64,000 nucleotides of DNA from Candidatus Heimdallarchaeota archaeon (GTDB taxonomy: Archaea > Asgardarchaeota > Heimdallarchaeia > Heimdallarchaeales > Heimdallarchaeaceae): positions 32,001-96,000 of the forward strand of contig JAEOSZ010000040.1 of the NCBI GenBank assembly GCA_016840095.1, in the 5' to 3' direction. A program made the translations under genes and the position numbers. The notes beneath the pieces were generated by a model that had not been told where the DNA came from, searched no databases, and worked only from the letters and a program-made list of their open reading frames with translations. This document shows positions 18,602-27,605 of this stretch, in pieces (the stretch's first letter is position 1; the number at the start of each line of letters is the position of its first letter).

Positions 18602-19993
18602 ATGACAGTCAATGATTCTGATTTTTCTGATTTAATTCGTAAAAACAGACTTGCTGGTTCAGCAAGTGAACTATCTCCAGAAAGAGCTGCAACACTTGGA
18701 GCAATCTTGGGAAGTTATCTTGGTGGAGAAGAAGCAGTTGTTGTCTCAGCAAGAGATTTCAGAAAAGATACAAGGATGATTAGCAGAGCTTTTAATGCAG
18801 GATTAATCAGTGTAGGAACTACTGTGTTTGAGCTTCATGCTTGTTCATTACCTGTCGTACAATTTGCAATAAGACGTTTCAGTGCTCATGCAGGAATCCA
18901 TCTTGCAGCAGCTCATAGAACATCAAATAAGATAAATGTAAGGATTTTTGATCAAACAGGAGTTGAAATTCCTTTCCATGACATTTTTTCAAAAAATAAG
19001 GTATCACAAATAAAAATCAGGAGATCTGAACCTCAGAAAATAGCTGATATTCTTTCAGTGAAACAAGCAAATGATCTTTATCGAGCAGCTATAGGTTCAG
19101 CTTTAGGAACAGAGATTCTCAAACAGCAGAATTATTCAGTAGTTGTTGACTGTGCTTTTGGACCAGTAGCAGAAGTTTTCCCAAATATACTTGCTGAGCA
19201 AGGGTGCAATGTTCTCACATTGAATTCGTTTAAACCTGAAGGAATACCTGAATCGTTACCCAGCCCTAATTCTCTGTCAATATTGTCTCGAACAACTGTA
19301 GCTGCTAATGCTGATTTAGGTATAGCATTTGATCCAAGTGGTTCAAGGGCAATTTACTTGGAAGAACATGGAAGAATAATTGATCCTTGTATAATAATCA
19401 AAATACTTTTGGAAAATAAAATGATAGGTAGACAGAAAGGAAAAGTTGTCCTATCTCATACTCTCTGGCCTCTAGAAGATTGGTTAAGTAAAAACAATAT
19501 TGAAGTAGTTTATTCTGGTGAATCTCCGGGAGAGCTCTCCAAAACTCTACAATTTAATAGAGCGATGTTTGGAGGTAATGAGCAAGGTAATTATATCCAT
19601 CCAACAATTTCGAATGAATCTGAACCCTTTGTTTCTACTTTGTTACTTCTTTCTTCCTTTGCCAGGGATGAGAAACATAAGTACTTCTCAACATTCGCAG
19701 AAGCTCATGATATTTGTAATAAAGAGATATTTGAGGAAAAATCGTATTCTCTTGTAGCTAACCCAGAATTGTTCTTAAAAAAGATTTATGAAATGGATGA
19801 GCAAAATAAAATTATAAACACTTTGAACGGTGTGAAAATCATTCACGAAGATAGACAATGGAGTCATATCTTTAGCACAATAATTCCAAGTAGAATAACA
19901 ATTCGAGTTTGTGCTGAGAACAGTGATGATAGAGAAAGAATAGTGAATGAAACTTATCAAATGGTCGAAACACTAGATGGTGAGCTGTCTTGA
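18602..19993 (+). CDS. Alpha-D-phosphohexomutase (PGM/PMM)-fold protein with degenerate catalytic motifs
   Basis: ARDFRKDTRMI, VVVDCAFG, ADLGIAFD. The phosphoserine loop reads LAAAHR and the metal loop reads DPSGSR. Confidence 0.8.
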   Translation: MTVNDSDFSDLIRKNRLAGSASELSPERAATLGAILGSYLGGEEAVVVSARDFRKDTRMISRAFNAGLISVGTTVFELHACSLPVVQFAIRRFSAHAGIHLAAAHRTSNKINVRIFDQTGVEIPFHDIFSKNKVSQIKIRRSEPQKIADILSVKQANDLYRAAIGSALGTEILKQQNYSVVVDCAFGPVAEVFPNILAEQGCNVLTLNSFKPEGIPESLPSPNSLSILSRTTVAANADLGIAFDPSGSRAIYLEEHGRIIDPCIIIKILLENKMIGRQKGKVVLSHTLWPLEDWLSKNNIEVVYSGESPGELSKTLQFNRAMFGGNEQGNYIHPTISNESEPFVSTLLLLSSFARDEKHKYFSTFAEAHDICNKEIFEEKSYSLVANPELFLKKIYEMDEQNKIINTLNGVKIIHEDRQWSHIFSTIIPSRITIRVCAENSDDRERIVNETYQMVETLDGELS

Positions 19994-20142
19994 AGAGAAC
20001 TGTGGATGAAAAAAAGGATGAAGCTGATAAATTCAATGTCTGTTTGAAATGTGCTAGACCTATAGCAAAAAAAGAAAAATTTTGTATGAGCTGTGGAATT
20101 GTGCTCAATATCCGTCAGCATTATCCACATAATCTTTTGTGA
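19990..20142 (+). CDS. Small zinc-ribbon protein (50 aa), not in the ORF track
   Basis: Hand translation from TTG overlapping the upstream stop (TTGA): MKRTVDEKKDEADKFNVCLKCARPIAKKEKFCMSCGIVLNIRQHYPHNLL. Confidence 0.7.
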   Translation: MKRTVDEKKDEADKFNVCLKCARPIAKKEKFCMSCGIVLNIRQHYPHNLL

Positions 20143-20203
20143 GCTACTAAAAATTAGTCGAGATTCAAAAAAATTAAAGAATGAGTAATATTAGCATCTC
20201 TTA

Positions 20204-21928
20204 ATGACCAAAGGATATCTCAATTTCGTTTTGCATGGACATTTACCATGGGTATTGGAAGCAGGAACATGGCCTCATGGAGAAGTCTGGTTACATGAAG
20301 CTGCAGCTGAAACATACACTCCTACTCTATCTATGTTAACTGACCTTTCTGAAAAAGAAGGTTTTACTAACATGTTAACTGTTGGTTTGACACCAGTTTT
20401 AAGTGAACAACTCGCTCATCCAAGTTTTAAAGCAGGTTTTGTTGAGTATCTTGATAACAGAATAGATGCTAGTTATAAAGATAAAGATCACTTTAACTGG
20501 GTTGGAGAAACAGACACTGCACATCTTGCAGAAAGATGGGCTAATTTTTATTCTTCGATTAAACAGCAATTTAATGAGAGATTTAATCAAGATCTTTTAG
20601 AAGGTTATAAAAATCTCCAAGATAAAGGAGCAATTGAGATTATTACTTGCGGACTAACTCATGGATATCTTCCTTTACTCGGAAAAGAAGAAACTGTAAG
20701 TGCTCAAATAAAAGGTGGTCAAAGTATCTATAAGCACAGATTTGGAGGAAATGATTCTCAAGGAATTTGGTTACCTGAATTAGCTTATAGACCAGGGTAT
20801 AAATGGAAAAATCCAGTTACTGGAGAGGAAATAGATAGAAAAGGTGTAGATTATTATCTACAGAAAAACAATATTGAATATTTCATTGTTGATACACCTT
20901 TGTTGAAAGGTGGGAAAGGTATAGGAGCTTATCTAGATAGGTTTGATGCTTTGAAACTACTATGGAATCAATTTGAAAAAGAAAAACCAGAGATAGAAGG
21001 TTCAGATCTCACTCCTTACAGACCTTACAAAGTTAAAGATTCAAAAGATTATGATAAAGAAGTAACCTTTTTCACAAGAGATAGCAAAACAGGAATTTTA
21101 GTCTGGTCTGGTGACATTGGTTTTCCAGGTGATGAATACTATCTTGAGTTTCATAAGAAGCATTTTCCAAGTGGAAACAGGTATTGGAGATTAACAGGAA
21201 AAGATGTAGATTTAGGAGAAAAAGAACTCTATAATGATCTAAAAACAATTGAAAGACTAGATGAAAACTCTGAATACTTCTTCAAAATTGTAAAAGAATC
21301 TTTGCTAGAAAATTATTCAAATAACAAGAAGCCAGGTATAGTACTAAGTCCATATGATTTCGAATTACTAGGACACTGGTGGTTTGAAGGTATTGGTTTT
21401 CTAGAAAGAGTTATCAAGCATGTAAAGAATGATGATGAAATTGAAACTACTACTAGCAAGAAATATCTTGAAATGTATCCTCCAGACAAGAAAACATATG
21501 TTTCTTTACCAGAAGGATCTTGGGGTGAAGGTAATTTCCATTGGATATGGTTAAATGACAATACAACTTGGTGCTGGAAGTATATCTATGAAACTGAAAA
21601 ATTATATTTAGAAGCAATTGAAGAATTTAAAGCTACAAATTACAAGGATTTTGGAACAGCTAAGAGGTTGATCAATCAACTTGGTAGAGAACTCTTCTTA
21701 CTGTCTTCTTCTGACTGGGAATTTCTAATATCCACTTGGGCAGCTAGAGATTATGCTGAGCATAGAGTAACAACTCACTATGAAAATTTCAAGAAGTTAC
21801 TTGTTTTGTTCAAAAAATGCAATATTGAATCAATTTCAGATTCTGAATATAAATTGTTAGAAAAGATAGAAAAGGAAGATAGTATCGCTTGGGAACAAGA
21901 TGTTTACAAGTGGTTCGAACTACCTTAA
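20204..21928 (+). CDS. GH57 1,4-alpha-glucan branching enzyme (DUF1957-type)
   Basis: HGHLP, THGYLPL, WLPELAY nucleophile, YDFELLGHWWFEG acid/base, SSDWEF. Confidence 0.9.
   Translation: MTKGYLNFVLHGHLPWVLEAGTWPHGEVWLHEAAAETYTPTLSMLTDLSEKEGFTNMLTVGLTPVLSEQLAHPSFKAGFVEYLDNRIDASYKDKDHFNWVGETDTAHLAERWANFYSSIKQQFNERFNQDLLEGYKNLQDKGAIEIITCGLTHGYLPLLGKEETVSAQIKGGQSIYKHRFGGNDSQGIWLPELAYRPGYKWKNPVTGEEIDRKGVDYYLQKNNIEYFIVDTPLLKGGKGIGAYLDRFDALKLLWNQFEKEKPEIEGSDLTPYRPYKVKDSKDYDKEVTFFTRDSKTGILVWSGDIGFPGDEYYLEFHKKHFPSGNRYWRLTGKDVDLGEKELYNDLKTIERLDENSEYFFKIVKESLLENYSNNKKPGIVLSPYDFELLGHWWFEGIGFLERVIKHVKNDDEIETTTSKKYLEMYPPDKKTYVSLPEGSWGEGNFHWIWLNDNTTWCWKYIYETEKLYLEAIEEFKATNYKDFGTAKRLINQLGRELFLLSSSDWEFLISTWAARDYAEHRVTTHYENFKKLLVLFKKCNIESISDSEYKLLEKIEKEDSIAWEQDVYKWFELP
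21870..21918 (+). repeat. Direct repeat copy 1 (49 bp; 3' end of the branching-enzyme gene)
   Basis: aaaaggaagatagtatcgcttgggaacaagatgtttacaagtggttcga; 44/49 identical to 22931-22979. Confidence 0.9.
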
Positions 21929-22156
21929 TACTCTTTCTTTCTCATTCTTAGTGTAAACCTTGTTAGTTTGTTTGAAATTCAAGAAAATCCGACTAATTGA
22001 TCAATAGATTACATATTTTTTAATGCTTTCTAGTTAGAAAGAGAATACATATTAATTAAGAATAGACAGATTAAAGATGAATTTAAGCTACTAAAAAGAC
22101 CAATAAAATTGCGAATACCAATACCGTTATTATGATGTTTCTCTAATCAGTTTATT

Positions 22157-22783
22157 ATGTCTCGCAAGAAGAAAATCTTCGTCATTGTATTCAGTATATT
22201 CTTTGCAATTGCTGCAAGTTTTGGAGGTTTTGTTCTATACAAATTATGGCCTGCTACTTTGGAAAGAGGTCCTCCCAGTATGGATTTTCCAATTCAAGAT
22301 CCAGATGTCATACACATTCTTGGAGGTTATGGTTATGTTCCGTGGGGTATAGATACTCACAATGGCATTGATTATGGGTGTAATGCTTCTGTTTACATTG
22401 TTGCTTGGTGTGACTTACGTGTAACTGGATTGAAAACTTGGTTTAATGATGGTGGAGGGCACTGGCAGACAAATGTTGGTCTTTCATATAATTGGAAATA
22501 CACTTTCGATTGTGTCTTTGAATCATGGGCACTAAACGAGACTTATGGAAATCTCCAACGAGCTGATATTTATGTAAAAGTTGGTCAAAAAATTTCAAGA
22601 GGAGACATCATTGGTAAACTACTTTATCATGGTGAAGGTACTCATATTCATTTTGGAATGAAAGAAAGTGGAAATGATGTTTGCCCGTACTTATTCCTCT
22701 CTCCATCTGCTAAGCTTCAATTCGATTCCTTGTGGATTAATTATGGTTCATGTCCAATTGTATGTAATACCACACTTAGCTAA
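22157..22783 (+). CDS. Membrane-anchored M23-like metallopeptidase domain protein
   Basis: N-terminal basic stretch + TM, HNGID (HxxxD), VKVGQKISRGDIIG, HIHFG (HxH), VCPY. Confidence 0.7.
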   Translation: MSRKKKIFVIVFSIFFAIAASFGGFVLYKLWPATLERGPPSMDFPIQDPDVIHILGGYGYVPWGIDTHNGIDYGCNASVYIVAWCDLRVTGLKTWFNDGGGHWQTNVGLSYNWKYTFDCVFESWALNETYGNLQRADIYVKVGQKISRGDIIGKLLYHGEGTHIHFGMKESGNDVCPYLFLSPSAKLQFDSLWINYGSCPIVCNTTLS

Positions 22784-22930
22784 CATTAAATGTAATTTAT
22801 ACTATTAAACTGGGAATTGATTTTATTCTTATTAAAACCATCCTTAAACACCTTTAACATCTAAAGACAACCCTAGTTTAGATAACTTATATATTGTCGA
22901 AACTTTTCCTTATATCCTTCATCAGTACGA

Positions 22931-22986
22931 AAAAGGAAGATAGTATTGCTTGGGAGCAAGATGTCTATAAATGGTTCGAGCACTAA
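22931..22986 (+). pseudogene. Direct repeat copy 2: orphan 3' end of the branching-enzyme gene
   Basis: Encodes KEDSIAWEQDVYKWFEH* versus KEDSIAWEQDVYKWFELP* in the intact gene. All 5 mismatches in the 49-bp core are synonymous third positions. Confidence 0.85.
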
Positions 22987-22994
22987 TTTTAAAC

Positions 22995-24461
22995 TTACAT
23001 CTTGATCTTCTTTATTTTTGCTTTTAGATAGACCTTTTGCCATTGTTTAGCTGCATTGTTCCAAGAGAAATCTTTGTTCATAATATTTTTCTGAAGTTTA
23101 ACAAATTTAGCTTTATCTTTTTTGTAAAGATTAACTGCTCTTTCAATTGCATCAAACATATCATCAGCATTTATCCTATCAAACACAAACCCAGAACCTT
23201 CTCCTGTTTCCTCATTATAATTCTGAACTGTATCTGATAAACCACCTGTATTTCTTACAATTGGTACAGTTCCATAAAGCATTGAATAAAGTTGGTTTAA
23301 ACCACAAGGTTCGTATCTACTTGGCATTAGGAAGAAGTCTGCTCCTGCTTCGATTTGGTGAGCTAATCTATTATCAAATTCAATGTTGATTGAACAATCT
23401 TGACTATATTTCTTTTCTCTGTTTTTGAAATTCTTTTCGATTTTGGAATCACCAGTACCTAAAAGAACAAACTGCACACCTAAATCCATAATTTTCTTGA
23501 ATTTCTTCGAAACTAAATCCAATCCTTTTTGAGTAGCTAATCTAGAAATTATTCCTATCATTGGTTTATCTGAAACATCTAGATTGAGTTTATCTTGTAA
23601 ATAGTTTTTACATTCTTCTTTTCCTTTCAAACTCCTTGAATCATAATTTTTTGGAATTAACTCATCTGTTTTAGGATTCCACTCAGTTAGGTCTATTCCA
23701 TGAACAATACCATAAAGATCATCCTTTCTTGTCTTAATTACCTTCTCTAATCCATAGCCAAATTGCTTGGTTTGAATTTCTTCTGCATATTTAGAACTTA
23801 CTGTAGTCAGAACATCTGTATAAACTATTCCAGCTTTCATGAAATTAAAGACACCATGAAATCCTAGAAGATCATCATTAAGATAGATTTCTGGAATATT
23901 TGCGTCTTTAATTGTTTCAAATCCATACACGCCTTGGTAACCAATGTTGTGAATAGTGAAAACTGACTTTGCATCCTTGAATAATTCATGTTCTTTGTAA
24001 TCAGTTTTTAGGAAGAATGGAAGTAATCCTGAATGCCAATCATTTACATGAAATATGTCAACAGGTGCTTCAATAAGTTCTAAAGCTGTGAAAATTGATT
24101 TCACAAAACTAATGAATCTAATTGGGCTATCTGGGTAATCTTCACCATCTTCTCCAACATAAATGCCTTTTCTATACAAGTAAGCATTTTTGATGAAATA
24201 AACAGGAATTGTACTATCTGGGTGAATAGTTTCGTACAAATCAAAAATAACTTCTGATTCATTTCCTATCGGTGCTAAAAGATCTTTTTTTACCAGTTTG
24301 ATATCATGTTTTTTAACATCTACACTTTTGTAGAGAGGTGTAAATATGATTACTTTGTGCCCTAATTTTTCCATTGCTTTTGGAATAGCAGATGAAACAT
24401 CTCCTAAACCACCAGTTTTTGAGTAAGGTACAACTTCAGCAGATACAAATACTATCTTCAT
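22995..24461 (-). CDS. glgA: Glycogen synthase (GT5)
   Basis: KTGGLGDV, HVNDWH, FTIHNIGYQG, PSRYEPCGLNQLYSM, TGGLSDTV. Confidence 0.95.
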   Translation of the reverse strand: MKIVFVSAEVVPYSKTGGLGDVSSAIPKAMEKLGHKVIIFTPLYKSVDVKKHDIKLVKKDLLAPIGNESEVIFDLYETIHPDSTIPVYFIKNAYLYRKGIYVGEDGEDYPDSPIRFISFVKSIFTALELIEAPVDIFHVNDWHSGLLPFFLKTDYKEHELFKDAKSVFTIHNIGYQGVYGFETIKDANIPEIYLNDDLLGFHGVFNFMKAGIVYTDVLTTVSSKYAEEIQTKQFGYGLEKVIKTRKDDLYGIVHGIDLTEWNPKTDELIPKNYDSRSLKGKEECKNYLQDKLNLDVSDKPMIGIISRLATQKGLDLVSKKFKKIMDLGVQFVLLGTGDSKIEKNFKNREKKYSQDCSINIEFDNRLAHQIEAGADFFLMPSRYEPCGLNQLYSMLYGTVPIVRNTGGLSDTVQNYNEETGEGSGFVFDRINADDMFDAIERAVNLYKKDKAKFVKLQKNIMNKDFSWNNAAKQWQKVYLKAKIKKIKM

Positions 24462-25606
24462 TTCTGTTCCTCTATTTTAGATACTATATCTATTATCCTT
24501 TTAATTATGTCGTTTGATAGATTAAAAATTATTTGTTGCGAATCTTCAGATAAATCTTCTATCATCTTACCTAAAGCATTTCGTTGGTATTTCAAACCTG
24601 TATGAATTAACTCTTGACTCCAGCTGTATCTAGAAGCCCACCAAAATTGACAAGAATACTGAGCAGCATGATATTCATCCAGCCAGTCTCCAGTGGTCAA
24701 ATATTGTTTTATCTGGTCTAATAACCGGATATGAGTGTGTTGTAGCTGATGTATTGGGTTTCTAGAATCATCCCAAAGAGGATATGGAATACTCTCTTTA
24801 AGATCTTCCTCGGAAGTTGACCAGGATGTAGGAGTTATATCTGTTATCACTCTAGTTATAGGATAATTTGCTGCACATTTGGATAATGTGAGTGTATCAA
24901 CCACAGCTGCTAATCCAAAGAAAAATTCAAAATAGTCTTCATGGTGTTCTCCGAAAGTTTCTAAATCCATAGCTAAAACTATAGGGTAATTCCTCATCTT
25001 AAATTTAATCTGAAGTTCTCTAAGACCTAATGATACATCTCTTTTGAAGTGATCAAATGAAATTTTGTTACTAATTTCTTTATCTCGTTTGATTGTTAGA
25101 ATGGACTTTCCATTTTCTAGAAAATAATTTCCGCCAACTAATTGGTAATAACTATTATCTGGGACAACCATAATTTCATACTTTTTCTCTATAATTTGAG
25201 GAATAATATCTTTTGAGATTGCTAGTTCTGGGGGAAAGAAAACTCTGGTATTTAATCCTAATATATTCTGAATGAATTCTTTCTGTTTTCCTATTTGGTA
25301 TTTCTGATTATCAATAGAAATCAAAGGTAAAAGAGGATGATAAAATGCTGATCCCATCAACTCAATTTGTCCAGTCAAAATCGCTTTTTCAATTAATGTT
25401 AAAACATCTGGGTAATCAACAGCTAATTTCTCTAATAAGCAACCTGAGATGTTCAGTGTGATTCTAATATTTTTATTGTTTAACAAGTTTTCAAAAAATG
25501 GAATGTAACAATTAGTAATGATTCTTTCAAGAATCTCTCTTTTCTGAGTTATAGGTTGGTAAGCATGTAGAATAAAGACTACTGGAACAGATCCTCTGAT
25601 TGCCAT
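24458..25606 (-). CDS. GH57 family glycoside hydrolase (alpha-amylase-like)
   Basis: HAYQP, YHPLLPL, FPPELA, MDLETFGEHH, SCQFWW. 4-bp overlap with glgA. Confidence 0.8.
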   Translation of the reverse strand: MAIRGSVPVVFILHAYQPITQKREILERIITNCYIPFFENLLNNKNIRITLNISGCLLEKLAVDYPDVLTLIEKAILTGQIELMGSAFYHPLLPLISIDNQKYQIGKQKEFIQNILGLNTRVFFPPELAISKDIIPQIIEKKYEIMVVPDNSYYQLVGGNYFLENGKSILTIKRDKEISNKISFDHFKRDVSLGLRELQIKFKMRNYPIVLAMDLETFGEHHEDYFEFFFGLAAVVDTLTLSKCAANYPITRVITDITPTSWSTSEEDLKESIPYPLWDDSRNPIHQLQHTHIRLLDQIKQYLTTGDWLDEYHAAQYSCQFWWASRYSWSQELIHTGLKYQRNALGKMIEDLSEDSQQIIFNLSNDIIKRIIDIVSKIEEQK

Positions 25607-25627
25607 TACTATTCCCCAATATTTGGC

Positions 25628-26830
25628 TTATTTAGTCTCTTTTAAGCTTTCTCTCATAATTTCTGCAACATCTTCAGGAAACATTGTAGCTATTCTATAG
25701 GTTTCCATAATCTCAGCACCACCAATTCTCTGAATTGGTATGATGTCAATTATCATGTGCATTCCAGAATCATAACCAATATTATCCTGTCTAAACAAGA
25801 TGTTTCTATCTTGTAAGAGATGCATACTTGGGCTAGTTCCTTTAATGAAATTATCAAGAGCTTTGTTTGCATAAACTAGTGCTTCTGCTAAATCAGTTAT
25901 TTGCTTATCATCAAGATAAATAAATTGAGATACATGTCTTTTGGGAAAAATTCTAAGTTGACCATCTCTTTCTGGTGAAAAAGCTGTAACTACTAACCAT
26001 TCTCCATTTTCAAACACTTTTCTTTCTTTAACAAGTAAATCCTGACCAATTGGATCTATTACCTTTTTATCAGCTTTTGATAATTCACAAGCTAAGCAAT
26101 AGTTGAGATTGTTTTTCAGCTTCTTATGGAAACCTGGAACACTTAGGAAACCTAATGAAGTCCACCCATGTCCGATTTCATTAGCGTAGATGTATGTCTG
26201 TGAATGTAGATGGCATATACTCGCTCCTGCTTCTTCTCCTATATTAAAGAAGTGCAAAATAGTTAACTTATCTGTATCATATTTTGCTTTTAGTTCAGAA
26301 ATAGAATTCTTTTGAGCTAAACGTGTTGTTAAAAGAAGCTGTTCTACCTCAGAAATTGGTACTTCAGATAGAGTATCATAATGATTTACAAGAAGATGAA
26401 CTAAACCGACTCCAACACTCTTATCTCTAACTGAAGTTATTTGCTGAACATTGTCATAAAGAACCCTAGCCATTGGTGTGAATAAGTTAACTATGGAAAT
26501 GGCGTTAAATTCACTTAAAATAGCTTTTGAAGAGTTTATACTTAGAGCATCTTCCTCCTTAGAAGTGTCTTTAGAAATGATAACAGCTGGAAGTTTTCCT
26601 TCCACAACTTTGCAGAAAGAATCATCTCGTGGAGAATGGATGATTTCCTCTTTGTCATTATTATGTTCAAATGGTCGTTTTCCTCTAACAGGAGAAAATT
26701 GTGTAATATGCCCTACCTTTGTGCTAAATTCGTTAATTATTGTTCTGAAAGAATCGAACCTTTCCAAAGGCATGTTTTCTATGTTTTTGTAAATACCCCA
26801 GTGACCTTCCTCTACCAAATAGTTCACCAT
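25628..26830 (-). CDS. GalT-like HIT-family nucleotidyltransferase
   Basis: RGKRP, FNIGEEAGASICHLHSQ (HxHxQ), CLAC, IFPKRH, FPEDVAEIMR. Confidence 0.75.
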   Translation of the reverse strand: MVNYLVEEGHWGIYKNIENMPLERFDSFRTIINEFSTKVGHITQFSPVRGKRPFEHNNDKEEIIHSPRDDSFCKVVEGKLPAVIISKDTSKEEDALSINSSKAILSEFNAISIVNLFTPMARVLYDNVQQITSVRDKSVGVGLVHLLVNHYDTLSEVPISEVEQLLLTTRLAQKNSISELKAKYDTDKLTILHFFNIGEEAGASICHLHSQTYIYANEIGHGWTSLGFLSVPGFHKKLKNNLNYCLACELSKADKKVIDPIGQDLLVKERKVFENGEWLVVTAFSPERDGQLRIFPKRHVSQFIYLDDKQITDLAEALVYANKALDNFIKGTSPSMHLLQDRNILFRQDNIGYDSGMHMIIDIIPIQRIGGAEIMETYRIATMFPEDVAEIMRESLKETK

Positions 26831-26885
26831 TAACTAGACACATTGCCAAAAGTATGGTTCTTAAAATTGGCGATAGGACTCCTTT

Positions 26886-27587
26886 TTGTTATCTCTTCGT
26901 AAAATAAGATTTTTAAACTCAAATGATGAACTAGACATGAAATGTTGTGAGGTTATGCTAGGAAAGACTCATACTATTAATCCAATTCTCTTCAAAGATA
27001 TGATGATAAAAAGTGAAGAACAAATCTTGAAAGAAAAAGAAAACATCAATGCAATCAATGTTTTTCCAATACCTGATGGTGATACTGGATCCAATATCTA
27101 TTACACTCTACGAGCAATTGTAGAAGAAGTAAAATCGATTGATGAAGGAAGTGTGGACAAAGTCTTCCAAGCAATTAGCAAGGGGAGTTTTATTGGAGCT
27201 AAAGGAAACTCAGGAGTAATTTACTCACAATTTCTGATAGGTGTAGTTGATTACCTTGATACCGTCGATAGTGTCACTCCAACATCTTTTACACATGCTC
27301 TTAAGGATGGAACAGAGTTTGCCTATGAATCTGTTCTAAACCCAACTGAAGGAACTATACTAACTGTAATGAAAGAGGTAACTACAAAAGCAGCTGAACT
27401 TATTGCAGATAATCCTGAGATTGGATGGGCTGATTTTATCAATGGTCTAGTTGAGATAAGCTGGGATTGTCTCGAACGAACCAAAGAAATGCTGGATGTT
27501 CTAAAAGAAGCAAATGTTGTGGATGCAGGAGCAAAAGGTTTTGTACATATACTAGAATCATGGCGAGACATCATTGTCAGAGAATAA
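26886..27587 (+). CDS. DAK2-domain protein (stand-alone FakA-like N-terminal kinase domain)
   Basis: INAINVFPIPDGDTGSN, GAKGNSGVIYSQF, PTEGTILTV, VVDAGAKG. The true start may be downstream of the annotated TTG. Confidence 0.85.
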   Translation: MLSLRKIRFLNSNDELDMKCCEVMLGKTHTINPILFKDMMIKSEEQILKEKENINAINVFPIPDGDTGSNIYYTLRAIVEEVKSIDEGSVDKVFQAISKGSFIGAKGNSGVIYSQFLIGVVDYLDTVDSVTPTSFTHALKDGTEFAYESVLNPTEGTILTVMKEVTTKAAELIADNPEIGWADFINGLVEISWDCLERTKEMLDVLKEANVVDAGAKGFVHILESWRDIIVRE

Positions 27588-27605
27588 TCTATAAAAGCTG
27601 ATTCG

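Noticed and set aside
19872-20108. 78-aa minus-strand ORF in the track
   Set aside because: It overlaps the PGM-like gene. The plus-strand zinc-ribbon ORF 19990..20142 explains the region better.
21919-22930. Autonomous mobile element (IS or provirus)
   Set aside because: No transposase, integrase or terminal inverted repeats were seen, so it is reported only as an inserted cassette.
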